From Vermamoeba vermiformis (lineage: Eukaryota), in NCBI GenBank assembly GCA_045837725.1, contig JBEWZL010000132.1:248001-306436 (forward strand): DNA of 58,436 nt. Direction: 5' to 3'. A model generated the notes under the pieces. It ran no database searches and was not told where the DNA came from. It saw nothing but the letters and a program-made list of their open reading frames with translations. Made by a program: the position numbers and the translations under genes. Position 1 is the first letter of the stretch. Each line of letters starts with the position of its first letter. Positions 38,587-56,765 of the stretch are shown piece by piece.

Positions 38587-38754
38587 GATACTAAGAACAG
38601 TCAAACTATTTAATGACATAATAATCGCCAAATAAAGGCAGAAATTTCAATCAACAGTGTGGATCTGATCCACGTAACAATCCAGGAGTTTGCCGGTATA
38701 ATCTGTCTGCTCCATGAATCGCATTAGCTTACTTAAGGGCCGTCAAGTACCGCA

Positions 38755-39794
38755 CTAAATGTTCTTTGCTTTGTTTTTGTGACGCTTTTCGTCTTCATTA
38801 TCGTACTGTTTATGTTCATATTCGTACTGCGAGTACTCAGAGCCCATGAAGCCTTGAGAATAGAGAGACGTGTCGGACATTATACCCATCGGGTTAGCCA
38901 TACTAAGACTGCCAATAGCTTCCTGTTGAATATACCCGGGCCTACACAAGCATTGTTAGTTCATGGATTCGGAGTTGGATCCAACTTGTACGTACAGCAC
39001 AGTAGAGGTCAAGAACTGTGAGTCCACGAATATGAAGACCAATAATAGCATGCCTGCAATGAGAGGGAACAAGCACAAGAATGCTAAGCCTGATGTAAAG
39101 TCCTCTTCACCAAAGAAATTCCACTCGAAGCGCACTTTGATTGAAGGTTCGACGCCTTCTGCAGCTTCAACGTCTATAATATTATTAATATACGATGGCG
39201 CAGGTGATATTAACACTTACAAGTTACTTTGGATTTAAATTGCTTGATCTCGCCTTCTTCCGAGTACCAAAACGAGATCTTGACTTCACTAACGACAATG
39301 ATTATTAGCAATGTTTGCCACGTTGATAATGAATATTTCTTACGATATTCTCTTGTTGCCATCACTAAGTGTTATCCAGGGAGTGATGTATTGACCTCGA
39401 TCGAAAGAAAATTGTCTAAAAATTATATTAGACTCGTAAAAAAACGACGCATGACTGTCCATAATAGCATTTACGATTGCGTGTCAAGAAAAAAATATTG
39501 GCGCTTACAATTTGAAGTCAGAACGAAGTTCTTCATTTGTCAAATCTGCTGTGCTAAGCAGGATGACTCTATCAATCAAAAATCGAGGTCTATGTTGCAC
39601 AATTGAATCACTCCACTCAGTAGTAGCCTATTGGACGATTAGTGATTTCAGATTTGGCTTTCAGCAGGTAAACATACCGAGCCGGCTTTACTGCGCTTAG
39701 CAAATGATACAATCTCGCCTCTATTATAGCAGTCGATGCTATTGATAACGAATGCAAGCAAGGCGCAACTTATTACGAGATTGTGGTGCCTCAT
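38755..39794 (-). CDS. Uncharacterised signal-peptide + single-TM protein
   Basis: MRHHNLVISCALLAFVINSIDCYNRGEIV..., TM LAFLCLFPLIAGMLLLVFIFV; exons join by GT-AG. Confidence 0.6.
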
Positions 39795-39928
39795 TACTGT
39801 TTGATAAATAATACAAGTCAAAAACTCCAGCTTCTCCAAGGCTAATCAATTTGAAGGGCAAGTTTATTGTACATGGTAATGAAAAGGTAATTTCACAATA
39901 TTTACAAGAGGTTGAAATAAGACTGACT

Positions 39929-42132
39929 TCAATCAGCACTCGCTTTCTTCGCGTCTTTTGGCGCAACAAATCCCCAGCACTCAAACACCGTGCATTTGAA
40001 GTCATCGCCACTCGCCAAGCACTCGTTCATGAATGTCTCGCTATAGCCGCTGCTGCCCATGTAAAACTCCGAGTCTAGCCACAGGGCGAATTTTCCGCTG
40101 CAGATCGAGTTAGAAAAATTAATTATAAATTATTTCTACGTACGATCCACCACCCATAGCTATCTGCTCTTCGTTGCTGTACATGACGTAGTTATTGAGA
40201 CCAGTCCAAGTGTAGGCATTGAACTCAGGATACAATGTAAACACGAAGCTCTCTCCGCTGCCATAGAATCCTTTACGCGGCTCCCAATGTTCAGAAACAA
40301 ATGCTCCGAACACGCAATTCTTCGAATCTTCAATAAGAATGATATTGGGGCCCTTATTAAAGACTTTGGCGTAAAAAGTATTCAAACTGATCCCGTGTCT
40401 CATGGTGCTGTATAACAAGGTCCAGTCGTGCATTTGATATCTCAATGGCAGCGCGTCTTTTATCTATTAGATGCAAATGATATTAGTAACGATAAGATTC
40501 ACACTAAGATAATAAATATAAGTCATTACCCTCTTGATATCAATTGATTTCAAAATGACGGACTGGCCGAAGAGTTTAGGCAAAATTTCTTCAGCAGAAT
40601 CCTCTTCATCTTCGCGCAATATCTTCACGAATCCACTCTCGTTTAATGTCTCGCGCTTAATGTCCAGCACTTCGAAGTCATTCTCCATTCGACCGAGCTC
40701 TTGTAGCACACGCGAGTTCTGCTTGATATTGCGCCAATTCTGCAACGTCTTGAACAGCGTTTCAATGCTACACAGCGTGATGAATAATAAGTCAAATATG
40801 AGCGGTGAATATGGCTATTAACGTACCTAACTGAGCTGATATAGAAGATGACACGTTGCTTTTTGAACGTGATTACTAAAAATGGTGAATTCGCTGTGAT
40901 GCCCGATGATGACGGCAAGTCTTGAATGGCATTGATAGCATTTGTATTTGTTGGTGAGCCACTGAGGTGCGATGTGACTGGATCCACGATCTCAACATCC
41001 AAGATCTGATCCATATCACCAGTGAATTGACACTCTAACAGTCCCAGCTTTGCCACCACAGGGTCGTACTAGTTGCAAGATGATTAATAAAATACGAAAA
41101 TATTCTGCGCTCTAGCAAAGCACTACAAGATCCGAGATCTGGTACTTACCAATTCAGGCTCAAAGATAAGACGGCTAGGAGTTACAGTAAGAACACCAAG
41201 AACCTATTAGAGATCGATGTTAGGTCTTTATATACAGATATATATACGGAATAATAAGGACTAAACTTATTGATACTACAGCGTATAAATATAATTGCTT
41301 AGATCTGCTAAGTTTGAATGAACGTACCGTAGTATTATCAACGAGAAATCGTGCAGTTTCTCGATAAACTTCGCGTTGGTCCTCGCGTAGTTGCAATGCA
41401 ATCTTATTGAAGTCTTTGCTCTTGCGTTGGGATTGCGGTGATTTGGCAATATTGTCGTGCGATCCACTCAATTTCGCCTCTTCAGCATCGCCAGCGTAGT
41501 AATAATGGTGCTGTCGTTTGCGCCTTAATAATACTACTAAGGGCAATGAGCTCTTTTTCTTTTCTAATTCGAGCGTGGTGTTGCTCAACGATCGTTCTGC
41601 TTTGTGAGGTGGAGATTTGGAAAGTGGTTCCTTTTTGGGCGACATCGGTGCTTTTGTATTATCTGTTGCTTTTCTATCGAAGGTTGGGCTCGTTGACGCC
41701 TCGGCGGGTTGTGAATCAATATAAACCAGAAGTTTCTAATAAATATTCGATGAGCTCAATGGTGTCCTCAAAATATTTGTAAAAATCGTTTAAAATAATC
41801 TACAATCGTAATTTATATTGTACGTTCAAAATTACCTGTCCTGGATATAAGCTGTTCGCATCTGTCAATCTGTTCAATTTTTTCAATTCAGACATAGTCA
41901 TGCCGTATTTCAATGCTATGCCTGCCAGTGTATCATTTTTTGCTACCTCATAAGTGCCAGTTTTTCTCTCCACTATTTAAATAAAAAGATTCTTAGTAAG
42001 AAAATTGATCTAGCGTTGTTTTACTCGGTGAGATCCGATCGAATTTAATATGCTGATATTTTAATTTTTATAGCAGCACGTTCTACATTTGAATTTACCT
42101 TTTGGCGATTGAATTGTAATCGGATCAGACAT
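39929..42132 (-). CDS. OXR1/NCOA7-like protein (LysM + central GRAM-like + TLDc)
   Basis: LysM YEVAKNDTLAGIALKYGMTMSELKKLNRL; TLDc WTLLYSTMRHGISLNTFY...FYGSGESFVF...AMGGG..FALWLD. Confidence 0.88.
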
Positions 42133-43482
42133 AGTTTTTTCATGAACTATCCACCGTTACGTAAAGCTTTTACTTATCGTGCTGCAGGCGTATTGTTTTT
42201 CTGTATAGAACAAATAAACTGAACGAATTTGCACGCGCAGCACTTTTTTTTGCCTGGCAGCCAAATTAACACCGAAGTTGTCGCCGAAGTGTCAAAGAAG
42301 CGTTATTGCTAATGATAATAACAACTACATGCATCTTTAGTCTTTATACGTAAAGGAGTTGGCTTGTGGCTTTCCAGAATGTATGTGACCAGATCAGGGT
42401 CCGGTTACTAACGACTATCGACTGACCGCTCTAATTTAGGATAATTAAGTGCGTGATTTTTACAGTATTACTATTTCATATCTCTTCAATAGATACCAAC
42501 TTGATGTAACGAAAATCAGAGTAGTATAAAAAATATTTAGTTGTTAATATATAATATTTAGGTGCTTTTCGCCATAGAGAAGCTCGGCAGAGAGGAGAAT
42601 TTTAAAGAAGATAAGAAAAATGAGCAGAATGAATGAGGGAGGGATTAGAACGAGCAAAGAGAAAAAAAAAGGAGAAAGGGGGACACTCCTCTCCCTGATT
42701 TTTATGCACAAAGAATATAGCTTATTATATAGAAGAGCGGCTATGTTCTCCGCAGAGCCACAAAATAAGAACTAAGGAGCTCCCGAAAATAACGCGACGC
42801 CAAACGGCCGTAACAAATCCACTAGCAAAAAAAAACAAAGCTACTATTTTCTCCCCCTCAATTTTCAGCATTTTACAGGCACCGATTACAATCCAACGCC
42901 ATCAATCACCTCGAAAGGAAAACAGATTGCGCTTTTGACGCCATGCGGGGAATCCAGCCGCAAATTCACAGCTAGCCCACGGACATCGCTTTCCCGAGTG
43001 CATGGACAAGACGGATAATGACGAAAATGTAGAAAGGGAAAATGTCGCATAGAAAGAAACGAAATGAATAAAGAAAAACGAAAAGAATTGATGGACGGCA
43101 ACCACGGCCTGGCTACTCATCAGAGATAGAAAATGCTGACCACGATTTTGACAAAAAATCCCTCAGGCGCTGTTCAAAGCTGTTCACTCCTGCAAGTCTT
43201 GCCACACGATTTCGATGGGCCACGTCCGAGCAGACAAGTTCTCTGACTCCCAAGCACAATTGCTGCAATTGCTCACCGATCCGAGCACCGTGGATGAAGG
43301 GAGTGGGTGTGATGGCACTAATAGGAAGTTAAGAAAAATAACACTATCCTCAACAACACTTTCGCTCTCGTCCTTAATACATCACTTATTTGATTAATTT
43401 TATATTGGAAAAAACTGGAACCACGAGTGCCCTCATTAAAAACAAAACAGCACGAAGAGAAGTGCCATATAGACTGCGCACT

Positions 43483-43944
43483 CAGTTCTTGCATTCGAAC
43501 GGCATCGTGCATCGCGACATCAAGCCGCATAATATCCTCGTCTTCTCGTTGGAGCCCAAGTCAGCAGTGCACATCAAACTGACAGACTTTGGCACCGCCA
43601 GATTTGTTCCGGAAAGTGCCACAAATGTCACGAGAAACATTGGCACGGCTGCGTACATGCCTCCAGAGTCTATGGGCAAGCAGCCAAGAATTGCCAAGAG
43701 TGCCGATATCTACAGCTTTGCAATTTTGATGTGGGAAGTGATGTTCGAGCAACAGCCCTTCGAAGACTTGCAATGGCAATCAGACATTGAAGTACACGTG
43801 TTGTCCGGGAAACGACTGCCCATTCCCTCGTCAAGCCACGTCCAACCAGAGCTCGTGCAACTGATTGAAGAGTGTTGGCAACAAGACCCCTCAAAACGAC
43901 CGACAATCACTTCTGTTGCTCAGCGACTAGCTGCTGTGATGTAG
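43483..43944 (+). pseudogene. 5'-truncated TKL-type protein kinase fragment (subdomains VIa-XI only)
   Basis: FLHSNGIVHRDIKPHN, DFG, GTAAYMPPE, DIYSF, CWQQDPSKRPT. No N-lobe (GxGxxG/VAVK) recognisable upstream. Confidence 0.6.
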
Positions 43945-44113
43945 GTTAGTGCTCGTAAAGAAAGTGGTCAAGTGATCTTTGTAAATAAATGCTAGGCTAA
44001 ATAGAACGTGACACGTGTCATTTAAATAGACGTTATTCCTCTCAAAGAAGATGTTTATTTGTGGTTGTCACAATCTTTAAAAAAAAAAGGGACCCCCGGG
44101 GGGGGGGACGTTA

Positions 44114-44257
44114 TCGGGACGTGTTAAAGCGCTCCGATTTCGTTTTCTAGCTCAGCGGAGAAATTGTTGTACTTTACATAAGTAATGGAATCGGGACGCG
44201 TTACCGCGCTCCGATTTCAGTTTTCAGACGCGTAAAGCGTTCCGATTTCAGATTTTT
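44114..44257. repeat. Three copies of a hairpin-forming GACG(T/C)G..GCG(C/T)TCCGATTTC motif next to A and G homopolymer runs
   Basis: Copies begin near 44114, 44190 and 44228. Confidence 0.7.
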
Positions 44258-44305
44258 TGAAGAAATGGGTTTAATTAGTATTAATTTTTAATGTTCGAAA
44301 TATAT

Positions 44306-49565
<5,260 letters not shown>

Positions 49566-49835
49566 CTATATACAAGTTATGTTAGTGGGATCCCATCTCG
49601 TTATAAAATAAAAATCGCGCTACGAACCATTTTTCCACGAGCATTTTTTTCCTTATTTGGAAATGCCCTACCGGCCGGGGTTAGCGTTAAATAATTCATT
49701 TCGCTGGAATAGAAATGAGGTTAGTTTGTAATAAATATGTTTATATTCTTTCGTACAAACTACAAATGAATTTTTTTTTGTACAAAAAGAAGTATTATAA
49801 ATAAAATAATAAACGGCATTATTTATCACCCGCGC

Positions 49836-51327
49836 TTATTTCTTTTCCTCATCGAACAGGGCAATGACTCTTTTGCCTTCTTCTGTTTGCGCGTATCGCA
49901 AGAACTTGTCAGTATACATAAGAATAAAAATTTTGTTATGCGCCTCGTTGAAAGACCATTGATTAATGCCCTTAGGATAGTTAAAATCGTCCGTAAATAT
50001 CTTTTGAATCTTCTCCTTCACATCCGCAGCCAAATTGACCGATTTGTCGCTCTTGTCATCAATAAAAGATTTGTAAATTGCCTCCGCATCTCGGATCAAA
50101 TTCTTCGTTTGTACTTCGACATCTTTAAAACGATATTAGGACCATATATAATACATATACGATACCGTACCAGAATTGTAAGTCTTGCGGAACTCTTCTA
50201 CAGCCTCCCAGAACTCCAAGTTTTCATGAGAAAATTCAGCTTGAAGAAAAGCTTTGAATGACGCGCGAGCTGAATAGCATTGTTAGTCCTATTATCGTAT
50301 AACTATAGTACTGTATGTTACCTTTCAAGTCCGCTAACAACTTCCTGAACACTGCTGTCTTTTGGCCTTGAATATCTTCTTTAGCATCGAATTTTTGCTT
50401 AGCGCTTTGCAAATTGCGCATTTCTTTCTTATAATTCTCGGGGACTTTTTGATTAGCAATATACATCTGTAAAGACGCGTTAATTAATGCCAAATAAAGA
50501 GCAAATCCGCGTACCATAACCGAATCTAGATCGGCGAGTTCTAGGAGCTCTTGGGGCAGTGGATTATCGTGGATGGTAAGTTCTTTTAATGTACCAATCG
50601 TGCCAATATCATTAGGGATGTACCGCAAGGTATTTGTATCCAGACGGAGAACCTGCGAAACGGCGATCAATCAAAAAAACCGACGGAAAAATAAAATCTA
50701 GGCTGCTTTTCATTCTTTAACCGATCTCCTACCTTCAACTTTTTCATATTTCCCATATTAGCAGGTAACTTGATGAGCAAATTGTGATCCAAAGTCAACT
50801 TCTCCAGCACAAACAAGGCTGAGAAACCAGATGGCAGTTTTATCAGCTTATTGTGGTCCAGACGCAGTTTCTTGAGGTTTACTAATAGACATATTGCTTT
50901 CGGTAGCTCGGTTAATTTGCTAAATAAGTAAATTAGCCCTCCGCAAATCTAAGATGAGTTGAGCAAGCTTTTGGATTTGATTGAGGAAAATATGTGCATG
51001 TAAAAATTAGATTACTAGAGTGCGTGCATATTGTATATCTTGCGATTTAGATCAAGATTGCAGTGTTGCAAAATGGATACAATCTACTTCTTTTTTTTAA
51101 ATAACTTACTTGTGGCTTAATTCAAGGCTTTGTAAATTATCACAAAATTTCGGCGTGTCTTGTATTTGTTTTGATACTGACGGTGGAATTACTGTGATTG
51201 AATTATGGTTCAATAGAATCGTTTTCAGCTGTAAAAAATCTTGTAATTGCTTATTTGACGGGATCTCATTCAAGCTCTTGTTGTTCAGAGAAATCTCTGT
51301 AGATAGGGGCGTGACTTTATTACCCAT
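49836..51327 (-). CDS. Leucine-rich repeat + RGS domain protein, Gly2 (possibly myristoylated)
   Basis: LxxLxLxxNxLxxLP repeats; RGS motifs FKAFLQAEFSHENLEFWEAVEEF, AEAIYKSFI..SVNL, DKFLRY. Confidence 0.82.
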
Positions 51328-51726
51328 ATTTGTTTGTGACCTAATAAGTGAAATTAATAAGATGAGCAAAGAAAAAAACGGATGCACAGTTCCACTGATG
51401 GGACCATTAGTAATTGTGCGCCCGGATAGATATAAATATACTTTCAATCAATTATTTAATATTGGCATATACAAGATTACGGAGGTGCTCCTGAGGGAAA
51501 TTTTTCAATTAGCCGTTGGATGTGGATTTACCTTTTTTTATGGGCGATAAATTCAGCGCCGTTATTCAGTAGTGGGACGTACAAATACAAAAAATTGGAT
51601 AACAACACTCCGCGGGACAGAAAAATTAACTGCGTCCACCGCCACGTGATTAAACTTGAAATTTCATAGTCGGGTCAAAATTTGTGTAACCTTCTGGAAC
51701 GGGATCTGTCAACCACAACTCCGCGA

Positions 51727-54700
51727 ATGAAGTATGTACTAGAATGTTCTGCGGCAAATGACGGTCCAATTAATCCGCATGCAGGTTTTACATAGATGGG
51801 CTGCTCGTGTACTTTCCATACTCGTTTATCTATCCAGAACAATATGATTATATGGTGAAGCTAAAGCAGACTCTAGACGCAAGGGTACGCTATTAATTGA
51901 AGCTAATAGATCATTTCTAGGAATTTATTACATATTTTATTCAATATTTTTCAGTAATTTTTCTGTCGCTAATTATAAACGAAGGGTTCTTGCGCTTTAG
52001 AAATGCCTACTGGTACTGGCAAAACTGTATCGCTATTATCCTTAATTATATCGTATCAAACGCAATACGAACAAACTGGCAAGTTGATCTATTGTTGCAG
52101 AACTGTTAGCGAAGTCGAAAAAACAGTGGAAGAGCTGCGTAGAGTCCTAGCAGTACGTCGTAGCAAATAATACCATATTAATATTATAATCAGTATGCTT
52201 ACAACCGATTTGTCATTAGTATCGCGATTCTGAGATGGGCGTCGCGGCCCCAAAAACATTTGCCGTAGCGCTCAGTGCGAGGAAAAATTTGTGCGTAAAT
52301 GCTAAAGTAAGGATAAGTGATAATATATAGGTCTGCTTGAGCAAGTATTAATATTTTTGTAAGGTTGTTGATGAACGACGTAGAACGGGAGTGGATGCGC
52401 GATGTCAAGACATGACAGCGACTTGGCGACGAGAGCAGCATGCTATTAACCCTGAAATAGAGCTATGCGAATATTATGAGGTACGCTAGACCTGATCCAC
52501 AAGATCCGCTTTGGATTCGAAATTAATTTTTGATTGTAGGGCTTTCAAGAACGAGGATTAGAACTTAAATTGAATGGAGTATATTCATTGGATGATTTGA
52601 AGGATTTTGGCCGAAAGAACCAGATCTGTCCTTATTTTTATGCTCGTCACAGCATCAACTTCGCCAACGTGGTTATTTATAGTTATCAATACATGCTCAA
52701 CCCTAGAATCTCTGATTTAGTATCAGCACAATTCAAAAAAGATTGCATCGTCGTGTTTGACGAAGCTCATAACATTGGTACGGTCTCGCGATCCACATCC
52801 GAAAATTGATCTCGTTACTAATAGTTTGTTTTGATAGATAACGTGTGCATAGATGCGCTTAGTGTAAATATTGATAAGCAAATCCTCGAGACTGGTTCCA
52901 GGAATTTGAGTGCATTAGGCAATAATGTTAGCCGCTTAAAAACAGTGGATGCACAGCGATTGCAGGAAGAATATCAACGATTAGTATCAGGTGTGTTAAT
53001 AATAACCTATTATACTTTATATTAATAGATTTATAGGCTTAGCACAGAATCCCTTAGTTAGAATGACAGATACAATTCGACCGGATCCAGGTACGAGAGA
53101 CATATACAACCAATTACACAAATTTATATTAATGAAATTTCATAGTTTTGCCTGAGGATGTTGCGCGAGAGGCCGTGCCAGAGAATATCCACAAAGCAGA
53201 GGAGTTTTTACGCGTGCTGAGAAATTTGCTGGAGTTCTTAAGGGGACGACTGCGCATGCGACAAGTGACTTCTGAGACACCGGCACAAATGCTCAAATCA
53301 CTCACAGAGGCCACTCAAATCGATGCTAAGACACTAAGGTACCGAACTTAGCCTTATAATTATTTCTAGCTGTATTAATCACGTGCCTTAGATTTTGCAC
53401 GTCACGTCTGAACTCGTTGATGAAGACACTGCAGCTCACAGAAATGGATAAATATACGTCGATTGGTATTATATGCGACTTCTTCACCATGCTGGGCACG
53501 TACAACGATGGATTTGTGTTGATTATGGAGCCTTATGACGAACGAAATCCAACCGTGCACGACCCTGTCTTGCAGTTCAGGTACCTCACATCAATATACT
53601 TATAATAGTACGGACATATTAACACTATGATCTAGTTGCCTCGACGCGTCACTAGCATGGAAGCCTGTGATTACAAAGTACGGCAGAGTCGTGATCACAT
53701 CGGGTACATTGAGTCCGTTGGACATGTTGCCGAGAATCTTGGGATATCAAGCCTCATTGACCGCGAGACTGCCCATCTCACTTATTAGGTACGCGATATG
53801 TCTATTCATATGATATTAATAATTGACACGTCTTACTAGACCTTGTATTTGCCCCATGGTCGTGACACGAGGCAGTGACCAAACTATTTTGTCGACAAAG
53901 TTCGAGTCGAGAGACAATCCAGATATCATTCGTAATTACGGCCAGTTGCTCTTACAGTAAGTTATTATTGCTCCATTATCACGTCCAAACAAAATTCACC
54001 TTCACGTCTCGCCTTCAGAACTGCGCAAGTTGTACCTGATGGCATTGTAGCTTTCTTCACATCTTATACTTATATGGAAGGTAAGTCAGAAGTATATCAA
54101 TATAAATGATTAATTATATGAATAGCAACGGTATCGATGTGGAATGAAATGGGCATTCTGAATCAGTTGTTGAAGTACAAATTACTCTTCGTCGAGACAT
54201 CAGACTTTGCCGAGACTAGTTTAGCATTGGACAACTATAGAAAGGCTTGCGATAGTGGTCGCGGTACGTAATTACACTTTCCTTATTAGGCAAATGCTTA
54301 GTATCAAACGCAGGTGCAATTTTCTTATCTGTGGCTCGTGGCAAGGTCTCTGAAGGAATTGACTTTGACAATCACTATGGCCGCTGCGTATTATTGTTTG
54401 GCATTCCTTTCGTGTACACTGAGAGCAAGATTCTCAAGGTAAGTTACACTCACTTTGACACGTGTCAACTAGCCACCTGTAATCTATACGTATTCTTCTT
54501 TGCTTTAATATTCACGGCGGCGACAATATTAATTGACACGTGTCACTTGTATTGACACTTGAACAATAGGCTCGCTTGGAGTACTTGCGAAACAAGTTCC
54601 AAATCAAAGAAAACGAGTTCTTGACATTCGATGCGATGCGCAACGCAGGTCAGTGCGTCGGTCGTGTCATTCGTGGCAAGACAGACTACGGCATTATGAT

Positions 54701-55243
54701 CTTTGCGGACAAACGATACGGTCGTGTTGACAAGCGCTCGAAATTGCCGCAATGGATCTCGCAGTTCTTGAACGAAGGCAATTTAGATTTGTCCATTGAC
54801 GCTGCTATTAGTGTCAGCAGATCGTTTTTGAAAGAAATGGCCCAGCCGATCGATAAGGTACGACAAAACATTTTCATGAATATGACGAGTTCGGTTTTGC
54901 ATAATAAGGCTATTTTTAGGATGCGCAAGTCGGTGTGTCGCTGTGGAGCAAAGACCACATTGAACAACAGCCAGCGAGCAGACCGACCAATGCCAATAAC
55001 AGCGCTGTCGGTGCAGTCGTGAACAGTCAACTGCCAAAATTGCCACCAACTGTCGTGTTTTCATACGTGCCACCTGCAAATGAAAATGTGCAAAGTAACG
55101 GATCTGCCACGAACGGAAGTAGTTCCGCTCCGCCAGCAGGAGTTAAAGAAGCGGATAAAATGGACGAAGAGGATGATACACCTGGTCCTAATATCGTATT
55201 TAAGCCTATTGTTAATGATAATAATTATATTCCGGTTCTATAA
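51727..55243 (+). CDS. ERCC2: TFIIH helicase XPD/ERCC2/RAD3
   Basis: [70 protein letters not shown]. The true stop may be at 55373. Confidence 0.95.
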
Positions 55244-55400
55244 TTATATACCCGGTAGTACTACCGGCGGTAACAGTAATTATAATAACAACAATAGCAA
55301 CACTAATACGAGATCCAATAACAATAATAATAATGATTACGAACAAATGGAACTTATCGACGATGATGAGTAATAAATAAGAGCGAGAATATAGTGATGT

Positions 55401-56610
55401 TTAATAGACAAAAGGAATCAAAGCTTTTCTGTTCTTGGGGTATTTTGAGCCAAATTTCTTCTGGTAAAAATGGTGCGTGGCAATAGCGCGGGGACTGAGG
55501 TCAAAAACGGTGCTCACGAAGAACGACAAAGCACCCGGTGATTGTGACATTAATGCAAATCCACCCCACTCGGCCATCTCAGCAATCAGGTTAGGAGCTA
55601 AGATAATAATATTAATTATGAGCGTTGAAAAGTTGGTGCGGATCTGGTACCTGACACGTATTCAAAAGCACCGCCATGAGGAATCTGGTAGCCTTTGCCT
55701 TGTTTCTTCAATGCAATCAAAGCGTAGTCGGACTTGATATTGACGTACATGCCTGCAAAGTACAACGCCATGCCGAGGAAGAAAGACAAGCCAAATCCAG
55801 AGTGGTGTTCAAGATCAGCGAAGTAACCGAGCCAGCGGCCTTGCAAATAGCCGTTGATAAGTTGATATACAAATGCGGCAATAACTACGCGCACGTGCAT
55901 CGGTTTGCCGTGCTCCAGCTTGAACGGAAAAATAACTGAGCGGTGGATGTAGTGGATGTTGAACAAGATGTAAAGAGCCCACATAAAAGGACTATAAATA
56001 ACATACTTAGTATAGTACATGAACAGCAGCCAATTTGACTGTGTTATTATTCAGAAATTTAGTGAGCGCGTGACCTCGGATGTCTTTAAAGAAATGCAAT
56101 TATATTTTGTAAGAACGGTAACTGTAATAAATATGAAAATAATATATTTAATGATTGGATAATATTATTCGTAAACAGGAGATATTTGAACAACAGATCC
56201 GTTTTTAAAAAGATAAAGAAACATCAACGCAAATAATTTATTATTTTTTGAGGACATATATAATAAATAAACAATGTAATGGCGTTATTAAAGCTAAATT
56301 TGATAGCAATCGAACTGTAAAAATAAATAGTCCGATCCGACAAATTAATCGACATTTACCTGCTTAAATGAGCGGAGTCGCCCATAAATAAGAAGAAGTA
56401 AGCTGTTATATATAACGCAGGTGTCTCCATAATAAACCAACCCCATTTAGCGCTCATCTCGAATCCTTTGTAACCTTCGGGATGGTGCTTGCCGTACGGC
56501 AAAGGGAAGCGGAGCAATGGTACAAAAGCAGTACCAAAGGCAAGTCCACCGCATATTACGTTAAATATAAAGCTCTCGGGGTATCCGAAAATGAATTTTT
56601 GTTGATCCAT
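55401..56610 (-). CDS. 3-oxo-5-alpha-steroid 4-dehydrogenase (SRD5A1/DET2-like)
   Basis: PYGKH, WGWFIMETP, HYIHRS, YQIPHGGAFEYVS.PNL..E..EW.GFAL, YPKNRKALIPF. Confidence 0.9.
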
Positions 56611-56765
56611 CCGACTTTCTTCTCGATACAAACGAAACCTAAGCACAAAATAAATATAAGACTAGTGTGCTATTATAAAGAATAATGAATTATTGCAATT
56701 AGCCAACGGATATTTTTTTGACGCGTCGCCACGTGACTTTTCATCTGAACGATTTTTTATTGTTA

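Noticed and set aside
43085-43125. CTGATGAG on the minus strand followed by a weak stem (possible hammerhead ribozyme)
   Set aside because: The required GAAA after stem II is absent.
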